NCBI GenBank assembly: GCA_038060895.1
Contig: JBBTCT010000016.1
Coordinates: 4,020-68,019, forward strand
Length of the DNA: 64,000 bases
DNA from: Planctomycetota bacterium
GTDB taxonomy: Bacteria; Planctomycetota; MHYJ01; WSZJ01
Direction of reading: 5' to 3'
Numbering within the stretch: the stretch's first letter is position 1; every line of letters begins with the position of its first letter. A model generated the notes under the pieces. The model searched no databases. It saw only the letters and a program-made list of their open reading frames with translations, and was not told the DNA's origin. The translations under genes and the position numbers were made by a program. Positions 9,829-19,304 of the stretch are shown in pieces.

Positions 9829-10007
9829 AGCGTCGCGGGAAGAAGCAAGTCGAGACGGACCAGTACGAGCCGATCCCCGTGGAGCAGGCGGCGGAGCCGG
9901 GGTTCATCGTTCCGAAAAGCTGGAGCGAGGAGGAGATCCTCGACGCGATGAAGGCGTTCGAGGAGCAACTTCGGAGAGAACGCGGACTGCCGCCGAGCCG
10001 GCCTTGA
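9825..10007 (+). CDS. Small hypothetical protein (60 aa)
   Basis: TTG start overlapping the upstream stop (TTGA), strong GGGAGGAG RBS. Confidence 0.6.
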   Translation: MKRRGKKQVETDQYEPIPVEQAAEPGFIVPKSWSEEEILDAMKAFEEQLRRERGLPPSRP

Positions 10008-10059
10008 CGCTCGGCGAACCAGGGCACGTCGCCGCGAAGATAAGCGAATCGGGAGCAAT

Positions 10060-10788
10060 TTACTTTCTCGGGTAAAACGTCTTGTGCATCTCGAGCAGCC
10101 GCTTCAGTTCCTCGATCGGTTTCGCGTGGTCCTCGACGCGGATGTCGATCCAGCGGTCGTTGAATCCGGCGTAGCCGCCCTTTTCACGGACGACGAGCAG
10201 GGAGGCGGACTGCATGCCGCGCTTGTCGCCGCCCTTGGACTGCGCGGCTTCGAGCGCCGCGACGAGGCGGTCGCCGAGTTCGCCCGTGGAGGATTTCCAG
10301 CTTGCCTCCATGGCAGTCACGACGTCCTCGCCGGCGAGGATGTTCCCCTGGACTGCGTAGTTTTCGCCGTTGCGGCCTCCCGCGAAGGCCATGCACTTCT
10401 TGCCTGTGAACGATGCCGAGCGGCCCCTGGCGTCCACGATTCCGGCCTGGCGAGTTGCGGATTCGTCGTCGGCGCCCGTCAACGCCTTCATCACGTCCGC
10501 GGGCGAGTCGCCCTTCGCGAGCAGATCGAGCCCCTTCGGACCGTAGGTCGTGTTCGCGTACGACTGCGTTGCGACGGCGCCCACGCCCGCTTTCGCCCAC
10601 GGGACGACGGAGCCGACGCCGAAGAATTTCGACTGGACCGCGATGCCGAGGTCGCCGGTGTCGGGGTCGCGCGCGACGATGGAAAATGTGGCGACGACGC
10701 GGTTGTTCGACCCGGCACGGTCTTGCGGCAACAGGAGCGCGAGCGCCAGCACGGCGGCGAACGGAAAGGCGTAAGCGGCGCGCTTCAT
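10060..10788 (-). CDS. DUF1028 family Ntn-hydrolase-like protein, exported
   Basis: TFSIVARD, GAVATQS, QGNIL, GGDKRG.QSA motifs after a signal peptide. Confidence 0.9.
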   Translation of the reverse strand: MKRAAYAFPFAAVLALALLLPQDRAGSNNRVVATFSIVARDPDTGDLGIAVQSKFFGVGSVVPWAKAGVGAVATQSYANTTYGPKGLDLLAKGDSPADVMKALTGADDESATRQAGIVDARGRSASFTGKKCMAFAGGRNGENYAVQGNILAGEDVVTAMEASWKSSTGELGDRLVAALEAAQSKGGDKRGMQSASLLVVREKGGYAGFNDRWIDIRVEDHAKPIEELKRLLEMHKTFYPRK

Positions 10789-10805
10789 GGGTTGCTCCGG
10801 GCCGG

Positions 10806-12083
10806 CTACTTCTCCCACTTCCCGTCGCGATACCTCGTGAAACCGTCCGCCAGAACGGCGCGGTCATACGCCTCCGCCACCGAGGGGACGACCTCGTAGG
10901 GCTTCTGGCCCTTGATGCAGTTGGTGACTTCGATGAGGAAGAGCTGGATCTTGTCTTTGGGTGGGGGATTGGCCGGTGGAGCGTATTTGATTCCCTGGCA
11001 TGTCCCGCAGGGCGTCTTCCCGCCGCAGCACGGCGGTTGCCCCACGATCGAAACAACGCTGTTGAGGCCTCCCCGGCGGGTGTATTTGATGAGATCGATC
11101 TCGGTTTTGAGGGCGTCGGCCTCGTGCCCCGCCGTTGCGCGGACGGTCCTGTGCGTGCTCAGGTTGGAGATGTAGATCCAGATGTCGCGCTCGGCCTTGC
11201 ACTTCACGCAGAGCAGATCTCCCAGTCCGTAGCAGGTGCGGCAGACGCTGTCGCAGAACCCCGACTCTCCCTTGCCGGCCGCGAACCCCTTCTTGGATCC
11301 GGTCCCGCCGCAGACGCCGCACTTCAGCATCGCGGCGCCGTCGCAAGCCGGGCACTTCGCCTCAGCCGTGCCGGCGCAGTTCTTGCACATGACGCGCCGG
11401 GCGATATCGCGGGCCAGGTCGTCCACCGACATCCCCATGACCGCCGGGGCGTCTTCGCTTTTCGCAAGAGTGCCGGCCTTCTGGAGTTTCGGAAGAGCCT
11501 CTTCAAACCGGTCCTGCATGACGAGGTCAAGGGCGGCGGAGAGCTGCTCCATTTCCTTCCGTGCCTCGTCCACGAGTCCCTGGCGCATGTCGTCGAGCCG
11601 GATGCGCGCTTCCGGGTTGCCGGGCTTGGCGAATTTTGCGCGGGCGTAACAGAGTGCGGCTTCGCGACGCATACCCAGGGGCTCGACGGTTTTTCCCAGC
11701 AGCATCTGCGCGTCGAAGGCGAGGTTCGTGTCGAGTTTGGAAGCGATGGCGCAGAGGCGGCGCAGGGTGGGGAGGTCGTAGGCGTCCTTTCCCTTTCCGG
11801 TCAGCCAGTTCGCGAGGGCGAGGTAATCGGCGGGTTTTGCGGGATCGAGGGCGGCCAGTTTCTGCTCGCGCTCCTGGAGGGCGCCGCCGGCCTGTCGCTC
11901 GACGGAGGCTACCTGATCTTTCTGGAAGGTGAGCGTGGCCTTGGCGGTCTTGATCTTGACGGAGGTGTCGTTGTCGTCGAGGACGACGCCTTCGTAGGTG
12001 CGGCCGTCCTTGAGGACGACCTTGTCGGCGAATGAAACGGCGGCCAGGGCGAGGCAGAGGGCGGCGAGGCGGAGGAGTCGCAT
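10806..12083 (-). CDS. Exported protein with DnaJ-type CxxCxGxG zinc-finger repeats
   Basis: Signal peptide, DKVVLKDGR N-terminal domain, helical middle, six CxxC motifs; GAGGA RBS. Confidence 0.8.
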   Translation of the reverse strand: MRLLRLAALCLALAAVSFADKVVLKDGRTYEGVVLDDNDTSVKIKTAKATLTFQKDQVASVERQAGGALQEREQKLAALDPAKPADYLALANWLTGKGKDAYDLPTLRRLCAIASKLDTNLAFDAQMLLGKTVEPLGMRREAALCYARAKFAKPGNPEARIRLDDMRQGLVDEARKEMEQLSAALDLVMQDRFEEALPKLQKAGTLAKSEDAPAVMGMSVDDLARDIARRVMCKNCAGTAEAKCPACDGAAMLKCGVCGGTGSKKGFAAGKGESGFCDSVCRTCYGLGDLLCVKCKAERDIWIYISNLSTHRTVRATAGHEADALKTEIDLIKYTRRGGLNSVVSIVGQPPCCGGKTPCGTCQGIKYAPPANPPPKDKIQLFLIEVTNCIKGQKPYEVVPSVAEAYDRAVLADGFTRYRDGKWEK

Positions 12084-12214
12084 TGTGTTCCTCGGAGGAA
12101 AGGGGCCAATTCGGACATCGGAGAGGATACCAAGGCGAGGTGGTCTGACGGAGCGCAAGCGTGCGTTCGTCTCATCTGGCTGAGCCGATGAATCGGCCGT
12201 TCGTACATAGGTAT

Positions 12215-12235
12215 TTACGATCCTAATCATCGTAA
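12215..12235. promoter_or_regulatory. Palindromic operator-like site in a divergent promoter region
   Basis: TTACGAT-N7-ATCGTAA perfect inverted repeat in an AT-rich patch. Confidence 0.45.
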
Positions 12236-12296
12236 TTCATCGGCTATCCTGCGCGCGTCCGGGGAACGCCTCACTCACTCATTTTCGGAGGGGAAG

Positions 12297-13586
12297 ATGA
12301 ATCACCTGCGTACGCTCGCAGCGATTGCCGCACTCGCCGGTTTCGCGTCGGCCCAGGCGCCGTCCGAGAGGGACAAGGAGCTCGACGAACTCAAGAACCG
12401 GGTGGATGCGCTCGAGAAAGAAAAGAAGGCGGGAGGAGACACCCCAGGCTGGAAGGACCTCGTCTCCCTCGGCGGTCACCTCAAGTGGTACGGCTTTCTT
12501 CGCCTCGATTGCCACTACACCGACTCCGCTTTCGACAACGCGCGTTTTCCGACCTTCGTCCGCGCCGAGGAGAACATCCCGTTCCTCGCCGGCACCTCGG
12601 CCCCTGAACGCAATGACGACAATTTCGTCGCCAGCGCGCGCCTCACGCGCCTCGGGTTCGACATCGACTCCGGCAAGATCGAAAGCCTGGGCGACGCTTC
12701 CGCCAGCGGCAAACTGGAAATCGACTTTTTCTCGCTTCCGAGCTCCGAAAGCCGCGCCGTGCCCCGCATGCGGCACGCGTACGGAAAGGTCGGCTGGAAC
12801 TGGCTGTACGTGCTTTTCGGCCAGACCTCCGATATGGCCTCTCCGCTCAACCCGAGCCTGAACCCCGACAACGTGCTCTGGAACTGGGGCAACACGGGCG
12901 ACCGTCGCCCGCAGGTCCGGCTCGTCTCCGAACCGACCGTCGGTGAGAAGCTGAAGTTCTACTTCGGCATCATGGCCGGGCAGGAAGGCGCCATCCGGAA
13001 CGTGGACACAGACGCGCTGGGTGTCCTCGACGGCGACGACTCCGGCTGGCCCAAGATGGAAGCCCGCGTCGCGATCAGCTACCAGAACTGGGTCGAGAAG
13101 AAGTGGATCACGCTGGGCATTTCCGGCATGACGAGCGAAGAGCAGGTGGACGGCGCCGGCATCGGCGGCAGGCACATCTTCCGCACCGACATGTGGGCCG
13201 TGGACTTTGAGTTCCCGATCCTGGCGCAGCTCTCCTTCCGGATGGAGTACTGGCGCGGCCGGAACCTCGCGGACATCCGCGGCGGCATCGGCCAGACGGT
13301 CCTTGCCGACGGCAGCGACATCCGTGCGAGCGGCGGCTGGGCCGAGCTCAAGTTCTCGCCGGTCAAGTTCTACGCCGCCACGGTCGGCTACTCCCGCGAC
13401 AACCCGCACGAGCGTCACCTGCCGTTCGGCGCCCGCTCGGAAAACACCGTGTACTACCTCATGAACACCTTCACGTTCGACCCGTTCCTGGTGTCGATCG
13501 ACATCTCCCACTGGCGCACGGAATTCGTCGGCCTGAACGCCGGGCGCGCGTGGCGGTACACGCTCACCCTGCAACTGTCGTTCTAG
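12297..13586 (+). CDS. DcaP-like outer membrane porin
   Basis: Signal peptide, coiled coil, YGFLRLD, SARLTRLG, LEIDF, PRMRHAY, FGQT, C-terminal Phe. Confidence 0.8.
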   Translation: MNHLRTLAAIAALAGFASAQAPSERDKELDELKNRVDALEKEKKAGGDTPGWKDLVSLGGHLKWYGFLRLDCHYTDSAFDNARFPTFVRAEENIPFLAGTSAPERNDDNFVASARLTRLGFDIDSGKIESLGDASASGKLEIDFFSLPSSESRAVPRMRHAYGKVGWNWLYVLFGQTSDMASPLNPSLNPDNVLWNWGNTGDRRPQVRLVSEPTVGEKLKFYFGIMAGQEGAIRNVDTDALGVLDGDDSGWPKMEARVAISYQNWVEKKWITLGISGMTSEEQVDGAGIGGRHIFRTDMWAVDFEFPILAQLSFRMEYWRGRNLADIRGGIGQTVLADGSDIRASGGWAELKFSPVKFYAATVGYSRDNPHERHLPFGARSENTVYYLMNTFTFDPFLVSIDISHWRTEFVGLNAGRAWRYTLTLQLSF

Positions 13587-13755
13587 ACTTCCCCTGAGGG
13601 GCCGCGCGCCCGCCGTAACGGGGTGCGCGGCCTCTTGTCTCTCCGGGAAGTTCCAGGCCAGGGCCCCGGCAGGCGCTGGCCCTTGCCCCAGATGAGGGCG
13701 ACGAACTTCGCTGCCTTCACGTATGCTCCCCCCCTCAAACTCCCAGGAGACTCCC

Positions 13756-15174
13756 ATGCGCCTTCGCACCACAATCCTGCTCGCCCTGCTCGCGATCCCC
13801 GCCGCCGCGGACGACGTCCGCGCGAAGGTGGATGAGTTCATCAAGGAATGCACGGGGGAACAGAACTGGGAGAAGAAGCAGAAGCTGCTCAACGCGCTGC
13901 GCCGCACAGCGGGTTCGGCGAAAGTCTTCCTGGAGGCCGTCGCCGCCCGCGAGGACCTGGAGCAGTCATCGTGGAACCTGGCGAGCGCAGCGCAGCCGCT
14001 GCTCGACCAGAAGCGCGACGAGATCGAGGCGCCGGTCAAGGAGCTTCTGAAGAGCCCGGACCCGAAGCAGGCGCGGTTCGCCATTCTCGTCGTCCAGCAC
14101 GCGGGACTCACGGGCGCGCTGGCGGGCGAGCTTCTCGCCCTGGCCGCTTCGCCCAACTCCGACGCAGCCGGCTCCGCCTCCATGGCCCTCTCCTCGTCGC
14201 GCGACTCGCGGGTCGTCGCTCTTCTTATCACGGAGTCCGCTGCCGCAGGCGACCGCGGCGTGCGCGGACTCCGCATGCTGGCTTCCACGGGCGCCCCCGC
14301 GGGGCTCGAGAAGTTGCGCGCGGTGGTGGGGGACGCAAAGGAACCGGAGGATCGCAGGGCGGAAGCTCTGAGCGGCCTGAACCGACAGCCGGCGCCCGCC
14401 GACGTGGCGCTGGCGAAATCGGTCCTCGCAGAAAAACTCGAGCGGCTGGAAGACCCGGCCATCAACCTCCTCATCAACGCGCGTGCGACGATCCCGGCCG
14501 CAGACCTGAAGGCGCTTCGCCGCAAGGGCGACGAGTGGCGCGAGTCGATGATCGACAAGCTGCTCTCGCTCGCGGGAGACGAAGAAGGCGCCAAGGCGTG
14601 CCTGCGGCGGGCGCACGGCGGCTCCGAGTGGGATCGCGTGGAGTGGTACGCGTGGGCCGGGCGCTCGGGAATTCAGGAAATCGGCGCGAAGATGGTGAAA
14701 GAACTCGGCGAGGAAACGAACGACGACGTGCGAATGGGGATCCTGATCGGGATCGGCGAGTGCGGCGATCCCGCTTGCGCCGACATCCTCGCGAAGTACC
14801 TGACGCATCCGCAGAAGGGAAACCAGGCGATGAAAGCGCTCGCCATGCTGGCGCGGCGGACGCCGGCGGCGATGGACGCGGTCCTCGACAAGATGGCGGA
14901 GGTCACGGGGACATCGATGTGCGGCATCGACTCCTTTCCCTACTCCTACCTCGAAGGCGCGACCGGCGCCAACCGCGCGCAGCTCTTCGATGGCTACTTG
15001 CGGCTCCTCGTACGCGTGAACGACCGACCGCGGTTGCGGGAAGCGACGCTGAGGACTCTATCGGAAATGGCGCGCCCCGAGTTTGACTGGAGCGAGGACG
15101 CGCTGGAGAGGTGGACGGCCTGGTGGAAGGTGAATCGCGAGACGTTTGAGAAGAGCCCGCCGAAGCCGAGGTAG
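13756..15174 (+). CDS. Exported HEAT-repeat protein
   Basis: Signal peptide, repeated alpha-helical HEAT-like units, W-x-x-WW C-terminal motif; CAGGAG RBS. Confidence 0.75.
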   Translation: MRLRTTILLALLAIPAAADDVRAKVDEFIKECTGEQNWEKKQKLLNALRRTAGSAKVFLEAVAAREDLEQSSWNLASAAQPLLDQKRDEIEAPVKELLKSPDPKQARFAILVVQHAGLTGALAGELLALAASPNSDAAGSASMALSSSRDSRVVALLITESAAAGDRGVRGLRMLASTGAPAGLEKLRAVVGDAKEPEDRRAEALSGLNRQPAPADVALAKSVLAEKLERLEDPAINLLINARATIPAADLKALRRKGDEWRESMIDKLLSLAGDEEGAKACLRRAHGGSEWDRVEWYAWAGRSGIQEIGAKMVKELGEETNDDVRMGILIGIGECGDPACADILAKYLTHPQKGNQAMKALAMLARRTPAAMDAVLDKMAEVTGTSMCGIDSFPYSYLEGATGANRAQLFDGYLRLLVRVNDRPRLREATLRTLSEMARPEFDWSEDALERWTAWWKVNRETFEKSPPKPR

Positions 15175-15291
15175 GATCGAGAACGCGGGCTTGGAGAGAC
15201 CGGGCGTGACTTCTGACGAATTCGAAGCGGCCATCAACCCGAAGCTGTTCGAAATTCCGCAGCCTCGGGACCTGAGAACGGAATAGCCCCC

Positions 15292-15645
15292 TTAGCCGGG
15301 GTGGTGCGCTTCCACCGATGTCTGGATGCCACCGCGGATGTTGAAGCGCCCGACGACGGACATGCGTCGCGGTTTCACGGCGCGCACGAGGTCATCGAGG
15401 ATCCGGTTGACGACCGCTTCGTGGAAGGCGCCCTCGTTGCGATAGCTCCAGAGGTACGTCTTCAGCGACTTCAGCTCGAAGCAGAGTTTCTCCGGCGTGT
15501 ATTCGATCGTGAGCGTCGCGAAATCCGGCTGTCCCGTCATCGGGCATACGCAGGTGAATTCGTGCGTCTCGCACCGGACCAGGTACTCCCGCCCGGGTTT
15601 GGGGTTGGGAAATGTTTCGACAGTTTTCGTCGGCTTGAGCGGCAT
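15292..15645 (-). CDS. queF: NADPH-dependent 7-cyano-7-deazaguanine reductase
   Basis: [24 protein letters not shown] QueF motif, RGGI. Confidence 0.96.
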   Translation of the reverse strand: MPLKPTKTVETFPNPKPGREYLVRCETHEFTCVCPMTGQPDFATLTIEYTPEKLCFELKSLKTYLWSYRNEGAFHEAVVNRILDDLVRAVKPRRMSVVGRFNIRGGIQTSVEAHHPG

Positions 15646-15664
15646 GCGTTGAATGGCCTGGCCT

Positions 15665-15699
15665 TTCCTACCTCCTACTCACTACCAACTACCCCCTAC
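15665..15699 (+). repeat. Degenerate 7-bp tandem repeat (NNNCTAC)x5
   Basis: ttcctac ctcctac tcactac caactac cccctac between fabI and queF. Confidence 0.8.
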
Positions 15700-16460
15700 A
15701 CACCGACAATGTTGTACCCGCTGTCCACGAATAAAACCTGCCCCGTCACTCCGCGCGACAGCTCACTGGCAAGGAACGCCGCGGCATCGCCGACCTGCGC
15801 CTGGTCGATGTTGCGGCGAAGCGGCGCTCGCTCGGCGACGAAGTCGAGCATCTTGGCGAAATTCGAGATGCCGGCGGCCGAGAGAGTGCGCACGGGGCCT
15901 GCGCTCACCGCGTTCACGCGGATTCCCTTGGGGCCGAGGTCCATCGCGAGGTACCGCACGCTCGCTTCGAGCGCTGCTTTCGCGACGCCCATGACGTTGT
16001 AGTTCTGCACCGCCCGCGTCGCGCCGAGGAACGACAGCGTGAGGACGCTTCCGGCTTTCCCTTCCATGAGCGGCGCCACCGCGCGTGTCAGCGAGACGAG
16101 CGAGTAGGCGGAGACGTCGAGCGCCGTGTGCCATCCTTCAAGGGGCACGTTTTTGAAATCGCCATCAAGGTCTTCCGTCCGCGCGAAGGCCACGGCGTGC
16201 ACGAGAATGTCGATCCCGCCCCAGGCCTTCAGCTGGTCGACCAGCGTCACGACCTGCGCGTCGTTCATGACGTCGCACATCAGGGTTTTTGTGCCTGGAA
16301 GCGTGTCCGCGAGTTCCTTCACGCCCTTCTCCAGCCGTTCCGTCTGATAGGTCAGGCAGAGTTCCGCGCCTTCGCGGGCGAACGACTGCGCCACGCCCCA
16401 CGCGAGACTGCGCTTGTTGGCGACGCCGACGACGAGGGCTTTCTTGCCTTTCAGAATCAC
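15696..16460 (-). CDS. fabI: Enoyl-ACP reductase (NADH)
   Basis: GVANKRSLAWG, SAYSL, YNVMGVAKAALE, SAGPVRTL; GTG start at 16460. Confidence 0.96.
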   Translation of the reverse strand: MILKGKKALVVGVANKRSLAWGVAQSFAREGAELCLTYQTERLEKGVKELADTLPGTKTLMCDVMNDAQVVTLVDQLKAWGGIDILVHAVAFARTEDLDGDFKNVPLEGWHTALDVSAYSLVSLTRAVAPLMEGKAGSVLTLSFLGATRAVQNYNVMGVAKAALEASVRYLAMDLGPKGIRVNAVSAGPVRTLSAAGISNFAKMLDFVAERAPLRRNIDQAQVGDAAAFLASELSRGVTGQVLFVDSGYNIVGV

Positions 16461-16604
16461 GAGAGATCTCCGCAGGAACAGGTGCAGGGAAACAGCTTGT
16501 GGGGCGGAAGTATAAGTAGGGTTCGACGGCCCGGGGACCCAACCTGAGGAATATTTTGAAATAATGCTTGCGTTCCGCCCACCAATAGCCGATATTACAG
16601 GTCG

Positions 16605-16705
16605 GAGCAAGCCTCCGGGATGTCGAGAGCCGGCCAGAAGGCCGGACGCCCGCAGTTCTTGATTGAGCAGTGGCCGCCGATATACAGGCAATCCCGAAGG
16701 TGCTC
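16605..16705 (+). ncRNA. Candidate structured small RNA or leader (6S-like closing stem)
   Basis: 5' GAGCAAGCCTCCGGGATGTC pairs with 3' GGCAATCCCGAAGGTGCTC; internal hairpin CCGGCC-AGAA-GGCCGG; upstream TTGCGT-N17-GATATT; downstream terminator. Confidence 0.5.
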
Positions 16706-16720
16706 TTCTTCATCAACGCG

Positions 16721-16752
16721 AACCGGCCCATCCAGGCCGGTTTCTTTGTTTT
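16721..16752 (+). terminator. Intrinsic terminator after candidate RNA
   Basis: AACCGGCC-CATCCA-GGCCGGTT followed by TCTTTGTTTT. Confidence 0.75.
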
Positions 16753-16810
16753 AAGGGGTCCCATTCAGGGAACCCAAACCGGAAGAGACGGGGGTGCGTA
16801 AACCTCAGCG

Positions 16811-17455
16811 ATGCGCGTCTCCGAGACCTTTCGATCGCTTCAGGGCGAAGGCCCCTCTTCGGGCGCCCCCGCCACCTTCGTCCGGCTGCAGGGGTGCGCC
16901 GTCGGATGTCGTTGGTGCGACACACGTTACACCTGGGACGCGGCGCGCGGGCGCGAAGTGCCGCTGCCGTCGCTTCTCGACGAGTTGGACTCCCTCGGCC
17001 CCCGCGACCTGCTCGTCATCACCGGCGGCGAACCCCTCCAAGTCCGCGGATTCGATGAGCTGCTCGACTCTACCTGCGGCACCTGGCCGCGCGTCGAGGT
17101 CGAGACCTCCGGCGTCGGCGGCCCCACCTTGTCCCGCCCGAACCTCTTCTGGAACTGGTCGCCCAAGCTCCCCACCGTCACTCCGCTCTGGGAGGAAACC
17201 TGGGCCCATTCCCACGAATGGATGGCTGAGCCGCGCGCGATCGCCAAAATCGTCGTCGGCGAGGGCGACGATTCGGAAGCCGTGCGCCTCGCGCGTTCGC
17301 TTCCGAAAGACCGGGTCTGGCTCATGCCCGAGGGCGTGACGGAAGAAGCACTGAAAAAGCGCGCCGTGGCGCTCGCCGAATTGTGCAAGCGCGAAGGCTG
17401 GCGCATGTCGCCGCGACTGCAGGTCTGGCTGTGGGGCGCGCGCAGAGGAGTCTAG
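16811..17455 (+). CDS. queE: 7-carboxy-7-deazaguanine synthase (radical SAM)
   Basis: SLQGEG, FVRLQGCAVGCRWCDT, ITGGEP, VETSG, SPK, SPRLQ. Confidence 0.93.
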   Translation: MRVSETFRSLQGEGPSSGAPATFVRLQGCAVGCRWCDTRYTWDAARGREVPLPSLLDELDSLGPRDLLVITGGEPLQVRGFDELLDSTCGTWPRVEVETSGVGGPTLSRPNLFWNWSPKLPTVTPLWEETWAHSHEWMAEPRAIAKIVVGEGDDSEAVRLARSLPKDRVWLMPEGVTEEALKKRAVALAELCKREGWRMSPRLQVWLWGARRGV

Positions 17456-17462
17456 GAACGCG

Positions 17463-19304
17463 CTACTTCTTCAGCGCTTCCCGAATCAGCTCTTCCCAAT
17501 TCTTCGGATCTCTCCCCGCAGCGTCCAGGCGCTCGACGCCCAAGTCGCGGAAGCGAATGCGCAGCAGGAGCGGGGCGGCGGAGTCGGGAATCCCCTGGTA
17601 GTCCATTTTGGTGTCCTCGTCGCCGGCGAAGCGGGCGAGGGCCAGCAGGGAGGCTTCTGAATCGCGCTGCCAGAGGCTGAGGTAACCGGCCCGGCGAAGA
17701 GCGGCATTCGTTTTGGTTCCGAGAAATGAGGCGATGGCCGCTATGTCGGCGTCGTCGCCATCCGCGAGGTTGCGCAGGGCGCTCGCGAGATTGGCGTCGG
17801 AGCTGGACGCGTTGCCCAGAACCGCTCGCGCCAGCTGCCGCTCTTCCGGGGTGCGGGCAGGAGCGAAGATGTCGGATTCCGCGAGCGGATCTCCACCTCG
17901 CGCCGCCTGAACCGCGCGGCGGATCATCCTCGCGGACCTGACCTCGCACTTCTCCTTTCCTCCCGCAAGGAGGTCTGCGAAAAGGAGGAAGCGGTCGCGG
18001 TTGAGACGCCACGCCAGCTGCAGGTCCAGGTCGGCGCTGGACTCGCCCCACGACGGCGCGCGGAACACAGCCCAGGCCGGCTCTTCCCGCGTGATCATGT
18101 TCCTCGAAATCGGCCCGATCCCCACGACCCATTCCAGCCCGGAAGGCGTCCGGACGAGCGCCGCCCCGCCGTCCTTGCAGGAGAACGTGAACGGCGCGCC
18201 CGGATCCTGCCCTTCCGCGAGCGAAGACCAGCGCGTGACCGCAACGTTCGCATCCTCTCCATCCGTCGCGTCGCCGAACCACTTGCCGGTCCCGCGCTCG
18301 AGCGCCAGCGCCGCAGCCCAGCGGTCGCGCGAATTGAGGGGCGATTTTTCAAGAAGCGCCGCAAGGTCTTTCAGTCCGGCCGGTGACCCCGCGTTTCCGA
18401 GCGCGATCGCCAGGTCCTCGTCCGGCTTCGCCCCGTAAGCGCGCTCCAGCTCGCCCTTCACCTGCGTCCCTGCGCCGTACGAAATCGCGGCGAGCCGGCG
18501 CAGCTCGCCGTGGGGCTCGTAGAGGATCGCGCTTGCGAGAAGCGGCTCCGCGCCCGGTCCGGCGCGGCGGAAGAATGCGCGGATGTCCCACCACGGAATC
18601 GGCTGGCCGGAGGATTGAATGCGATCGAGGAAGCGCTTCAGCTTGCCGCGGACCTCGAGCAGTTCCCCCTCGTCGAACCCCGCCGCCGCAAGCGAGGCGA
18701 GGACCGGTTCCCAGGCCTCGAACGCGCCCGCTGAGCGCACGGCGTCTTCCAGGGCTTCGTCGAGGATGTTCGCGAGTTTTCGAATGTCGTGGCCCAGCCG
18801 GACGAAGAGAGTCGCGGCCAGGCGCCGGACCTCCGAATCCGGGTCCGCGAAATAGGGGGACGGGTCCGACATGACGCGGCGCGAGTCCTCAAGCTGCGAC
18901 CCGAGGGCGACCCACCACCAGGCGAAGACCCGCAGCCGATGTCCGGGCTTCAGGGCGCCGCGAAGCGTCTCGGCGAATCTCTCGTTGATCGGGGGAGCGG
19001 TTTCCCAGGTCTGCCGCCTGATTTCCTCGAGCAGGATCCGGCAGGCGGCCGAGCGTTCCGGGTCGGCGTCAACGCCGCCGGCGAAGAGCCACGGCCCCGC
19101 GGCAAGTCCCGCCTTGCGAAGTTCATCGGCCGCGGCGTTGCGCGCGTCCGCGGCATTGTCGCCGAGCGTGACCACCCAGGAGGCCAGCGTCCGGGCCTCT
19201 TCCGACTCAACCGCGGGCGCCGCGTCCGGCTCGGGCGGCGCCGTGTAACTGCCGCCGCATCCCGCGACCGCCGCCGCCGCCGCCATCGCGAGGAGCCGCT
19301 TCAT
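17463..19304 (-). CDS. HEAT-repeat lipoprotein
   Basis: [16 protein letters not shown] lipobox; ATGA overlap with the ispG stop; helical repeats. Confidence 0.75.
   Translation of the reverse strand: MKRLLAMAAAAAVAGCGGSYTAPPEPDAAPAVESEEARTLASWVVTLGDNAADARNAAADELRKAGLAAGPWLFAGGVDADPERSAACRILLEEIRRQTWETAPPINERFAETLRGALKPGHRLRVFAWWWVALGSQLEDSRRVMSDPSPYFADPDSEVRRLAATLFVRLGHDIRKLANILDEALEDAVRSAGAFEAWEPVLASLAAAGFDEGELLEVRGKLKRFLDRIQSSGQPIPWWDIRAFFRRAGPGAEPLLASAILYEPHGELRRLAAISYGAGTQVKGELERAYGAKPDEDLAIALGNAGSPAGLKDLAALLEKSPLNSRDRWAAALALERGTGKWFGDATDGEDANVAVTRWSSLAEGQDPGAPFTFSCKDGGAALVRTPSGLEWVVGIGPISRNMITREEPAWAVFRAPSWGESSADLDLQLAWRLNRDRFLLFADLLAGGKEKCEVRSARMIRRAVQAARGGDPLAESDIFAPARTPEERQLARAVLGNASSSDANLASALRNLADGDDADIAAIASFLGTKTNAALRRAGYLSLWQRDSEASLLALARFAGDEDTKMDYQGIPDSAAPLLLRIRFRDLGVERLDAAGRDPKNWEELIREALKK

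Noticed and set aside
12279-14594. 771-aa ORF on the minus strand (and similar long antisense ORFs such as 27498-29402 and 10413-12035)
   Set aside because: Shadow ORFs typical of high-GC DNA; they lie opposite genes with clear family motifs and show none of their own
15206-15286. 26-aa ORF with a GGAGAG RBS
   Set aside because: Too short, with no recognisable motif; cannot be distinguished from chance
16755-16775. Possible preQ1-I riboswitch immediately before queE
   Set aside because: Only a small GGGGTCCC/GGGAACCC hairpin; it lacks the preQ1-I loop and A-rich 3' tail
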